Positions 53,048 to 64,000 of a stretch of DNA of 64,000 nt are shown here, piece after piece. The position numbers were made by a program, and so were the translations under genes. Source of the DNA: Octopus bimaculoides (taxonomy: Eukaryota); assembly GCF_001194135.2 (NCBI RefSeq), contig NC_068990.1:4502559-4566558 (forward strand). The letters run 5' to 3'. The notes below the pieces were generated by a model. It saw nothing but the letters and a program-made list of their open reading frames with translations. It searched no databases and was not told the origin of the DNA. The number at the start of each line of letters is the position of its first letter. Positions within the stretch are counted from its first letter, which is position 1.

Positions 53048-54433
53048 AATAAAGTGATCCAAGAATATTACACCAGACTAAGAAAAATGTGGCAGTCCGA
53101 ACTTTCCTCTTACAAGACAATATCCTACAATGCATTTTCAGAATCAGTGCTGATTTTAACATTTGGAATACTTGACTGGTCTGTAGAAGAAATCCACTCC
53201 ATAGACATTAAAGCCCACAAGATTCTAACATCGACTGGAAAACTCCACAAAAGAAGTGATATTGAGAGGCTCTACCTAAGAAGAAATAAAGGTGGTAGGG
53301 GCTTGAGATCAGTGCAGACAGCATTTGAATATCACACAGTCTCTCTCAGACAGCACTTGTTAAACAACAGCAGCAAAACTAAATACATTAACTGAATGCT
53401 GAACAGTGAAGAAAACAATCTCCTAAATGTTGGAAGTGAGCTCTCCAGGAAGTACACTTTTCCTGATGACCTCCCATACAACCCCAAATCAGCTGGACTA
53501 GCACACCCCAAAAAAGACCCGGAGGTGAAAGACTCAGCATGTCAAAAACAGACCATGCATGGGTATGTTTCTTGTAGACTTAAAGAATATAGAAACATTG
53601 ACATGAAGCGATGCCGCTCTTGGACTCATGACTGCTACATCACATCACATTTTGAAGGCTATGCATTTGCAATCTAAATAGGAGATTGCTACTGAATATC
53701 TAATCAACAAGAAGGAACCATGAAGCCCTTGGAGTTCCAAGATGCAACCAAAAATGTAGATTATGTCATATTTCTGTGGAAGACATCACATGTGCAATTA
53801 ACAGCCACCCAAAAATGTCAAGGTACAACTTCCCTGTGCGACATGATGCTGTTGTAAAAACAATATACAATGTCTTTTGGGAAAAAGACTGTGCTGGAGT
53901 AAATATAGAGAATCCCCCTGTTATTGAATACATACACAAATACTAGCACAAGAAATACTGGTGGAACATTCCCACCAAAACATCTGTCAAGTGTAAGCAT
54001 AACAGGCCGGATATTGTTGTTTGGGACAGAAAAGAAAATTCATGTACCATCACAAAGGTCAACTGTTCTGCTGATGTGAATATCTCTTCGAAAAACAGAA
54101 AGAAAGAAGATGACTATGGACAACTGCTTCAAAAACCTCCAGATTCTATACCCAGATTACAAATTTACATTTACACAAATAATAATTGGAGCACTTGGTC
54201 TTGTAAGTAAATGCTTAACGGTCAGTTTGGATAAGCTTGGATTTTCAGAAAAGGAATCAACCAACTGATTCACACATTGCAAATACAATCTGTAAGCAGA
54301 ACAGTATACCTATGCAAGATTTTTCTCAGGTTTAAAATGGGACATTGTTTTCGTTATGTACATTCCAAAGATGGAGCTTTGTCTGTTTGTTAGGAACCAG
54401 TTCCTTTTACAGAGGAAGAATTTAAATGATTAA
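53047..54433 (+). mobile_element. R4/Dong-like non-LTR retrotransposon 3' portion (RT C-terminus, Zn knuckle, REL endonuclease, 3' UTR), pseudogenised
   Basis: EYYTRLRKMWQSELSSY..HKRSDIERLYLRRNKGGRGL; CRLC..EDI..RHDAV; YWWNIPTKTSVKCKHNRPDIVVWD; IIGALG; several stops and frameshifts. Confidence 0.85.
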
Positions 54434-55165
54434 ACACAGACACACACGCACACATGCGTGCATGCACACACACACTCGTAAAGGTAACCCTGATCCCCTG
54501 ATCCTCAAATTAACATGGAGATTGTGCTAGAACACAGAATATTGTGTTGCTTACCTTGAGAGGATCTCTCATAAAAACTCATGGTGCACAAAAACACATG
54601 TAATTATATCACTGACAAATGAAAATCGTCTGCTACAGCCACTGGAACTGCAAGATCATGTGATTTTGCTATGCTATGGGTTCTTCAGTAACAGATGCCT
54701 AGCAGCATGTTAACAGCTGAATCTCCTATCAACAATATATAGAATTTCATTGTCTAGTTGTCTAGGAATCTATAAGTCAGAAAAAGTGTACACTTGTATA
54801 TTTACCAATATAGTGGGTACATAAATCAAAGTATTCAATATTATCGATCCATTTCAGTGGATCTTGCCAATCAGTTTCCATGGCAGGTTTCCATGGCACT
54901 TGAGCGAGTGAGATCACAAATATTCTCTGAACAGACTGCCAGTCTGTTACAGAGGGTCTCATTTATGACTGAGTGAACTGGTGCAATGCAAATTGAAAAG
55001 GTGTGTTGATGTGGAGCGCAACACACCATTAAGTCCAGGAACTAGAATCAATGACCTTGCAATCTAGAGAGCAACACCCTGACAACTAGTCCATGTACCT
55101 TCATTATACGCACCTGTGTGAGCTTAGCAAAATAGACATTAAACTGGATCTAGTGATGAGGTGTG

Positions 55166-55166
<1 letters not shown>

Positions 55167-55240
<74 letters not shown>
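55167..55240. repeat. (GA)n microsatellite
   Basis: Directly visible; similar tracts at about 2022-2092, 29950-30048 and 30754-30800. Confidence 0.95.
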
Positions 55241-55246
<6 letters not shown>

Positions 55247-55743
55247 ATAGGCAGGCAGAGGTTGAAAAGCATGTATAGTTCGGATAACACGTTTTCATAT
55301 GCATTTTATGAGCAAAAGCATCATTGGTTATACATGTGGTACATGCCATGCACATACATATACTTTTTTAAAAGCATATGGCCTAGAGTGACTGTGAATA
55401 GGAGAGTTTGCAACATAAAGATGATTGGGTATTGAAGAAGTCAAAGGTGAAGAGAAAAGAAGACTAGTAATCACAAAATAGCCAAAAGGCTTTGATACTT
55501 CACATCCTTCTTTAAAAAAGTGCGTATAGTATGTGTAACTAATGATGCTTTTGCTCACAATATGCATGATATAAAGAAATTATTTTTCAAATGTGTCATC
55601 TAGTAATGATAGAATACAGAAGTATTCTATGATTTCCTTGGGAAATTCATGTACCTCCATTGCTTCTGACTAATTTTTCTATCTTTGTAAATATATTCTA
55701 CGAAGAACTTTTATAACCACATAACCATACATACATACATACA

Positions 55744-56549
55744 GCCCCAAAACAGCTGAGCTCACTCTTACCTCAGAGAAGACCTGGATGGAAAGCACTC
55801 AACATACAAAGGAAAGATTATGCATGGGTATGTGGCCTGAAAGCTTGAAGAAGACAGTAGAATTGACGTGAAGCACAGCCTCTCTTGGACACAAGACCAC
55901 TACATCACATCACACATTGAAGGCTATGCATTCACAATCGAGGAACAGGAGATTGCCAGAAAATACCTGGTGAACAAGAGAGACAGTGATGCTCTTGTAA
56001 TCCCGAGGTGCAGCTACATGTATGATATGTCATGTTTCTGTGGAATATATCACACATATGATCAGCAGCTGTCCTAAAATGTTGTCACAGTACGACCTCC
56101 CTACGTGGCACGATGTTCTTGCTAAAACAATTTACAATGCCATCCGCAAAAAAGACTGTCCTGAAATAAACTTAGAAAATCCCTCTGTTATGGAATACAT
56201 TTATTAACATCAACTCAAGGAATACTGGTGGAATATTCCCATCAGAACTTCTGTTAAATGTAAACATAACAGGCCGGATATTGTTGTTTGGGACAGAGGG
56301 GCAAAGGTATGTACCATCATAGAGATCAGCTGTCCTGCAGATATAAATATCTCTTTGAAAATCAAAGGAAAAGAGGATATCAATGGACAACTGCTTCGAA
56401 ACCTCCAGATTCTATATCCAGATTATGAATTCATATTCATACCAATAATTACTGGAGCACTAGGTTTTGTTAGTAAATGCTTAAAGGAGAATCTGGATAA
56501 ACTGGGATTTTCAGAAAGAGAAACTGATCAGCTAATTTGTACATTGCAA
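55744..56549 (+). mobile_element. Second R4/Dong-like fragment (knuckle plus REL endonuclease)
   Basis: HIEGYAFTIEEQEI, HMISSCPKM..WHDV, EYWWNIPIRTSVKCKHNRPDIVVWD, IIEISCPADINI, IITGALG; homologous to about 53500-54280. Confidence 0.85.
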
Positions 56550-56574
56550 GTACACACACACACATATATACATG

Positions 56575-56634
<60 letters not shown>

Positions 56635-57257
56635 TACATACATACATGTAAATATATATTTATATATATATATATGATAGTAGTCTCTTGTAGTCTGAGA
56701 AAGATGGTTCTTCAATTCTGTGCTAAACAACTTGTGCAAATAATTTGTTTAAAATGGTCAAATGTTTATGCTATAGATTAGGTCACTCCTCCATCAAATT
56801 GACATTGCTTGTACAAGTGCATGGTATGCTACATATCTGGTGTGAAAGTCATCATAGAGCTACATGAGATGAAGTGTTTTGCTGGAGAACACAATGCTCT
56901 GCCTAGTCTGGGAATTGAAACCATAATCTTGCAATCATGAGTGCAACACCCTAGCCACTAGGCCACACATTCTCTCTCTTTCACACACACACACACACAC
57001 ATTGATTCTCAGCATGAAGCCTATGGTAGTGATTCCCAAATCCTGCACAATCTTGTGTAATTTCATTATATTCTCATCCAAGATGAAGACTAATACCAAC
57101 CGTCTGTGTGGAAGGTTTGATAATTGCTGAGAGATTTCTCTTGGCATAAAATCAATGGTAGCCTTGATAACTCACAAATCAAATAAAAAATATTTATTCA
57201 CCAATGTGATATTCAGATTTCATTTTCACTGTTCAATATTAGTGTGAAGTGGTTGAC

Positions 57258-57510
57258 ATTTGGGAGGGCATCCAGCTGTAAAAACCATGCCAAAACTAAC
57301 CTCACCTATGCTGGTGCCACATAAAAAGCACTCAGTCCAGTCTGTGAGGTGGTTGGTATTAGGAAGGGCATCCAGCAGTAAAAGCCATGCCAAAACAGAC
57401 ACAGAAGCCTGGTGTAGCCTTCTACCTGACTGGTTCTTGTCAAACCGTTCAACCCATGCCAACATACAAGGCAGGTATTAAATGATGATGATGATGATGA
57501 TGATGATGAT
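57258..57510 (+). mobile_element. RTE 3' UTR fragment with a duplicated ggaagggcatccagc block
   Basis: Two ggaagggcatccagc-type blocks and a (GAT)n tail. Confidence 0.7.
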
Positions 57511-59031
57511 ATATATATATATATATATAAGTATAGACATACACACAAAACTAATGTTGCATGGACAAACTCTTTCTGGTGAGAGGTGTTACCACCCTTC
57601 CTGAACATCTGTGAACATTTTTGCACCAGTAGGCCATGTCAGTACCCACCTGTTATACCTAGAGTACAGACATGCAGTTTTGGCAGGAAAATATATAGTC
57701 AGAATATTTTTAAAAGTACTTTGAATATCTCCACTCATAAATTTCCAAATAGATATATTTTTGCTTACTTGTAGTGAGTTGCATTTTTTCCCCCCTTTAA
57801 ATAAGAATAGTCATATTTTTAGCAATGTTAACTTAAAGGTAGCAAAATATTTTTTATGGTATTGAGAATGCAAACAGGTAATCTGTAATAAAATCCTGTT
57901 TCAAATTATTTACATTTTAGTTACATATTGATGCAGTAGAACAAATGTTTTAAGTGAAGATTTTTAAAATCCTTCTGACTTTTTATAATACATTTTTAAC
58001 CCCTAAATCAATCTTTGGAGTTTTACATTTCGAACATCAGACATTTAGTATCAGGCATTTTTTCATTTAGAAAATAAATTTAATTATGCAATATATATCA
58101 TTTAATAAAATAAAACATTTTTCATATAAATTGAATTGTATACACACACACACACACACATATATATAAAGTGATATTAATATTAAGCAATATGTATAGC
58201 ATATGTTCAGAAAAGGAAGAATTTTGTGTTATTACCAATTAAAGCTGGTGACAGAAATACAAATGAAATTTTAACAACTATATGATCTTGTAGCAACGCA
58301 TATAAACAAACTGCGCAACTGTCTTTATAGACAAGCTGTGGCATTTAGCTTGTATAGTTCATTATTTTGCTGTGTCTGTTTTGATTTTACAATTTAATTA
58401 TGAAATATTTGTATGGGGACAGTTATGAAATATATGAATTTTTAGTGTATTAATGTTTTCATAATTGGTTTGTAAGGTTCTTGATGTGAACTCATGTGTT
58501 GAAACAAATTATGTTGTACTTTGGGAGGGTAATTATGCCAATAATAAACATATGCATTGCTTATATTTCACTTCTTGTATTATTATTCATTAACATTTAA
58601 CCAATTAACTAATCAAGTGTTTGACTAATAGTTCAGTCAATCAATCAGCTAAGTTTGTCAAAGTCCTTTCGTCATCATTGGTGATCACATCAATGACATA
58701 CCCTCTCTAGTCAAGGCCTGGTTCAGGTCTTGACTTGAAGCAAGCAATGAGAGAACTTTGACAAACCTAGCTGATTGACTGACAGGTTGATTAAACAACA
58801 ATTGATTATTTTTATCCCTTCACATTATTAATATTTCTGTACTCATTGTGTTTCCACCTAATATAAGCAATTCTAGAGACACATTCTTCATACCATGGAA
58901 AGAGGATCAACTTAATGCTAGCCTAATATATTCAATCACACATGTTGCATAATTTTTCACATGGAATCATTAACATGTAAGGTGGTTAGGAACAGTGTGG
59001 TACAAAAGCAATTGCAACAAATAAGTTGTGC

Positions 59032-59655
59032 ATACCCGTCAGAGTGTAAGTATCTTGAGAGAAAAGCTGAACATAAGAAGCATCAGTTGTGGTGTGCAAG
59101 AGAGACGATTGCGCTGGTATGGACATGTGGTGAGAATGGATGAGGATAGCTGCGTGAAAAAGTGCCACACCCTAACAGTTGAGGGAACCCGTGGAAGTGT
59201 AAGGCCAGGAACACCTAGGCTGAGGTGGTGAGGCAAGACCTTCGAACATTGGGCCTNNNNNNNNNNNNNNNNNNNNNNNNNNNNNNNNNNNNNNNNNNNN
59301 NNNNNNNNNNNNNNNNNNNNNNNNNNNNNNNNNNNNNNNNNNNNNNNNNNNNNNNNNNNNNNNNNNNNNNNNNNNNNNNNNNNNNNNNNNNNNNNNNNNN
59401 NNNNNNNNNNNNNNNNNNNNNNNNNNNNNNNNNNNNNNNNNNNNNNNNNNNNNNNNNNNNNNNNNNNGTGACACGTAGAAGCACCCACTACACTCTCTGA
59501 GTGGTTAGCGTTAGGAAGGGCATCCAGCTGTAGAAACTCTGCCAAATTTAGAGTGGAGCCTGGTGTTACCATCCGGTTTCACCAGTCCTCAGTCAAATCG
59601 TCTAACCCATGCTAGCATGGAAAGCGGACGTTAAACGACGATGATGATGATGATG
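59032..59655 (+). mobile_element. Young 5'-truncated RTE LINE with a 9-bp TSD (gap inside)
   Basis: aagttgtgc at 59023-59031 and 59656-59664; ORF RQSVSILREKLNIRSISCGVQERRLRWYGHVVRMDEDSCVKKCHTL; (GAT)n tail. Confidence 0.88.
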
Positions 59656-60090
59656 AAGTTGTGCTAAGTTCATTCTCTGTCATCTAACTTACATGTGTGT
59701 GTGTGTGAGTGTGTGTGTGTGATGGACTCTCCCATCAAAGATGACATGAATGCTCATCTTTTTTTGCTAAATGACTTGCACAAATGATTTGTTGAAACAG
59801 ATTAGTGATCAAATGTATATGCAGTACTGTAGCTCACTCTCTCCATTTAACTGATATTGCCAGTACAGGTGCACATGTGTGCCACATGTCAGATGTCGAA
59901 ATGATCACAGAGCAGTGTTGAATGAAGTGTTTTGCTCAAGAACAGAACATGCCACCCAGCCCATGAATCGAACCCATGATTTAGCAATCATACCAGCATG
60001 GAGGGCAGATGTTAAACGAAGACGATGATGAATGCAACGCCCTAACCACTAGACCATGTGCCTTCACATATAAATATACATATATACATT

Positions 60091-60157
<67 letters not shown>

Positions 60158-61496
60158 GTGTGTGTATGTACGTGCGTGTATATATATATATAAAAGCTTG
60201 GATGGCATTACTATTTGCTCACTACATAAATAATTTAATTCTTGTTGGAACACAAATTATTTTACTTCACTTGATTTTCCATATTATCTTAATGTTATAA
60301 ATGTAGCTGTTAATTAAGACTGGGTGTATACTTTTGCCTATAACTGATTACATGATTAGGAATAAAAGAAATTCAAGGACAGCCCTTTACAATATTGCAT
60401 TCATTTTCAGAGATTTTTCAGAAATGGTATGTCTTCATGTGACTATTTGGATTTGGTCTTTAAAGAAATCTAAGAATCAAATACCTAACATTCTTGTCAT
60501 GGCAACTTACTTCAGCTCATGGTTTGAGTCATCATCATTGACTTTGTAAATGGTTTTGCTGAAGCAAAGAACTGAATTATACTTGAATCAAATTTGTTTT
60601 GCAGGATATTAGAGAGCTGGAAAGCCATCAGTTCAGAATTGTATCAAGAGAGCCTGTTTCTTTGGTTATTGCTTGTTGAGTTAGAATTATGTGTGTTAGG
60701 CTGTTGGAAGTAGATGTCTAAAAGAAAATATCTAAATTATCACTTTATTGCTCTTTCTGTGGCTGATAGAAGACATTTTCCTACAGGTCTATAGGTAAAT
60801 AGTAAATCTAGGAACTGAATTTTATATGAGCCATTTTGACATAGAATTAGTCTGAATTGTAATTTTTAAGGTTATTGACCCACTTGAGTAGCAACAAAAA
60901 GCCTTTTGTTTTTATTTCATTAAAGTGTCAGGAATTTTCATTTACTCATTCTGTTTCATAAGCAAGCTTTAGTGGTGCTTGAAAATTTTAAGTCAATGCC
61001 TGTAAAAGAAATAAATTGATATCTTTGGTAACAGTTAACAGTTTTCTTATGAGTATTTGTCTGTCTGTCTTTGGCAATAGTGTACTACTGTTGTTGTTTC
61101 TCTAAATGTTTAAGACAAACATGAGAATTAATGGTTTTCAAAATTTATCAGTACAGAAATTGTATTCTCTTGTCAAGGCTAAGTTGTTCAAAATAAGACA
61201 ATCTACTTATTCTAGCTGAAGCTCCAATTGCTTTGCAGTCAGTTTTGTGGAGGTCAAAGTTTTCTGAGAATAGACATTTGTTTTTATGCAGTTTTTGGAT
61301 TATGAAGCCTTTCTTGGTGCCATACATTGAGAACTTAATAACTGTAATACTGGAGAAAAAAGAAGGGTTTATTTCATTATTGGACTTTATATCTGTGCTG
61401 TTGCTAAAAGTAGAGTAATTTGTTATACCTGCAGGAGGCTTGCAGCTTTGTAATTGTAGAAGAAATAACTGCTGCCAACATTTCTATGTTGTTACA

Positions 61497-61710
61497 CTTT
61501 TGTTACCATATTTCTGTTGAGATACACTACATCTATTTCAATTAATTTTGAAAACAACAAAGAATTTAGTAAAATGACTATCATTATTAAGGTGGTGTTT
61601 GAAACAAATTAACATGAATTTTTTATGGAAGTTGAATATAGATCTTTTTAAAACTGAAAGTCTTTATCATAAAAACAGAGATAGTTCCAAACAGATTGGT
61701 ATCTAAAGGG
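61497..61710. mobile_element. Second TTAA-type MITE family
   Basis: Ends ggtatctaaaggg-TTAA; related degenerate copy at about 39790-39950. Confidence 0.55.
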
Positions 61711-61884
61711 TTAAGACATGAGTTTCCAGGTATAACATACTCCAAAGGCTATTATATATTCAGGTTACATAGAAGGCTGGTTGAAGTCAAACATCACCAA
61801 AATCTCTCTTTACATTTGTGAGTATCTTTGAAACATTTACAATGATAAAATGTATCAAGAGTTCAATACATGATATATAATAAT

Positions 61885-62452
61885 AGGAAATTGTGGAAGA
61901 GGGACACTGATCACTTAAAATGGAACAAAGTATTGAAGGCTGATCTTAAGATGCTGAGCCTTATGAAGGAGATGACAGAGGATTGAGAAATGTGGCACAT
62001 TGCTGTAGTCAAGAACGCCCTGTCCACCACAACTGAATCGATATCTTAAAACCAATGTGCCACATAAGAAAGCTTTGTTCCGGGTGCTGGTGCCGCATAA
62101 AAAGTACTGGTGCTGGTGTCACATAAAATGCAATGGTATTGTTGCTACATTAAGTGCACTGGTACTGGTGCCATGTAAAACAATTTAGGGCAGATACCAC
62201 AAAAATCACTGGTGCTGGTTCCATGCAAGAAGCACTGGTGTCATAAAAAGCAATTGGTGATTGTGCCAGGTAAAAATCACCCAGTATACTCTGTAAAGTG
62301 GTTGGTGTTAGGAAGGGCATCCAGCTGTAGAAATCAAGCCAAAACAGACTATGGAACTTGGTGTGGCCCTTGACCTTGCCAGCTCCTGTCAAGCTCTCCA
62401 ACTCATGCCAGCATGGAAAATGGATGATAAACGATGAGGAGGAGGAGGAGGA
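61885..62452 (+). mobile_element. RTE LINE 3' end with an expanded ~24-bp UTR minisatellite
   Basis: ADLKMLSLMKEMT-like ORF end; repeated gtgctggtgccacataaaaagcactg-like units; ggaagggcatccagc; catgccagcatggaaaatgg. Confidence 0.7.
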
Positions 62453-63893
62453 TCCTTCTGTGTACCTGACAATCAGTGAGTGACTCATGTAAGAATAAGA
62501 AGTGAGCACTCAAGCAATAAAGTCTCTCAAGATTTACAAAGCCACTTCACTGTACTTTTTGGATTGATCAATAAACTGTGAAGCCTATTAAATCCAACAG
62601 AGCATCTTGTGTTTCTGGTGAAATATGTGGCTATATTAATGTAATTGCTATTGTATTGCTATGTGCTGGCAAGATCATATAAGAGTAGAATTTTGTTTTG
62701 ATTCCTTTTACTGTAGAGTGCTTGGGAATTTGAAGGAAATGGTGTTGGGGTAGGCGACCATGTTTTACTAAAGCTAGTATTTATGCATCAGTTTTGCAGT
62801 AATATTGCATGCTGCAGCTGACCCTTTTGTATGTAGCAGGGCTCTTTTCGATGTTGATTGATGGTGATGAAAAAAAAAACCATAGGAAAGAGTGTTTTGT
62901 GGTCACAACAGTACATTGATATGTTGTCACACATATCGTTTTTCTCTTTTTTGACTTGTTTTGGCATTTAACTTGGGTATGATACTGTTGTGGAGAAGAG
63001 CTGTAGTGTATTTTTGCCTAAAGTTTCATATTATTTGTTATGTACCATTCATGGGATGGTTGATGCTACTCTTCAGAGAATGTTTTACCTGTTTTCTTTT
63101 ATCATTATTTAACGTTTCATTCCAAAATATTATGAGAGCAACCCCATTTTACTAAGATATTTAATGTGTTTCAGTAGCTATGTACACATGATAGGGTTTT
63201 GATGTTGTTTGGTTACCTCATGAAATGGCGTTAGTCATGTTAGGTTTTATTGATACCAACTTTATTGTGCGGAGTTCATTGGATGGTTGCATTCTTCTCT
63301 TTGCTGAATTATTGTTTGTGTACCCAGGTAGTATATTCTGCAACACTGTGCACACAATGTGCCACAATGTTTGAGGGTGCAAGTGCATGTTCGTATGTGT
63401 CTGTGTGTGTATGTGTGTGTAGGTGTATGTACGTGTATGTGTATATTCATTGCTAGTAAGTTACGAAAGTGACTCAAGGGCTGCTGTGAGTTTTGTGCAT
63501 GCCATTTATCAAGCTGACATAAAAACTGAGTTCGTTTCATGTATAATGTGAATTGCAATTCCTTCTAGAATGTTTGATTAAAACTTTTATTGAAGTGTAA
63601 CATGATACCTGGAAAATTTCAAAATATGCCTGTTAAACAGAGGGTAGATGTGAGAGGAAAGAAATGCAGTTGGTTCATAGCAGCAGGGCTTTCAGTTCAA
63701 TTCCACTGAATCCAACACCAGGTTGTTGTGAAGTGACTGCAGAATGCATTTAAATAAGGTGCTACATTTACATTGTGACCCCTTGTTAAAATGCCTTTTA
63801 CTAGCATTGGACTAAAAAATGTGGTTCCAGTTAATTTCATAAAAGGAAATTATGTTTGTTTGTATGTATGTATGTGTGTATGTATGTACATAC

Positions 63894-63954
<61 letters not shown>

Positions 63955-64000
63955 TATATATATATATGTATGTACATATCTATGTATATGTATATATATA

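Noticed and set aside
60511-60558. Minus 48-nt exon-like segment KTIYKVNDDDSNHELK with a GTAAGT donor
   Set aside because: Plausible splice signals but no domain similarity; cannot be supported without RNA data.
1-64000. CRISPR array, prokaryotic operon or rRNA
   Set aside because: No regularly spaced repeat-spacer units, no dense ORFs and no rRNA-like sequence; the window is eukaryotic repeat-rich DNA.

Overview
AT-rich, microsatellite-dense animal genomic DNA with short assembly gaps at about 5090-5339, 14309-14637, 28267-28276, 29995-30003, 33603-33830, 43690-43699, 48373-48405 and 59257-59467. The SINE, RTE-LINE and MITE families look like those I recall from Octopus genomes; this is recognition from memory, not a database result. 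Most of the window is intronic or intergenic. I found one well-supported host exon (minus strand, 24512-24592), which encodes an L27-domain segment (VYNTLRKHKHKLHVDELREIMAKPHFQ) of a p55/MPP-type MAGUK. The rest is decayed mobile DNA: RTE, CR1/L2-like and R4/Dong-like LINEs, Penelope-like fragments, two mariners, hAT, pogo/Tigger-like remnants, TTAA MITEs and three SINE families. The most striking unexplained structure is a 145-bp near-perfect inverted repeat inside a (TA)n tract (50245-50389), each arm of which encodes a complete minimal type-I hammerhead ribozyme, one per strand. Most ORFs in the supplied track are microsatellite or gap artefacts.
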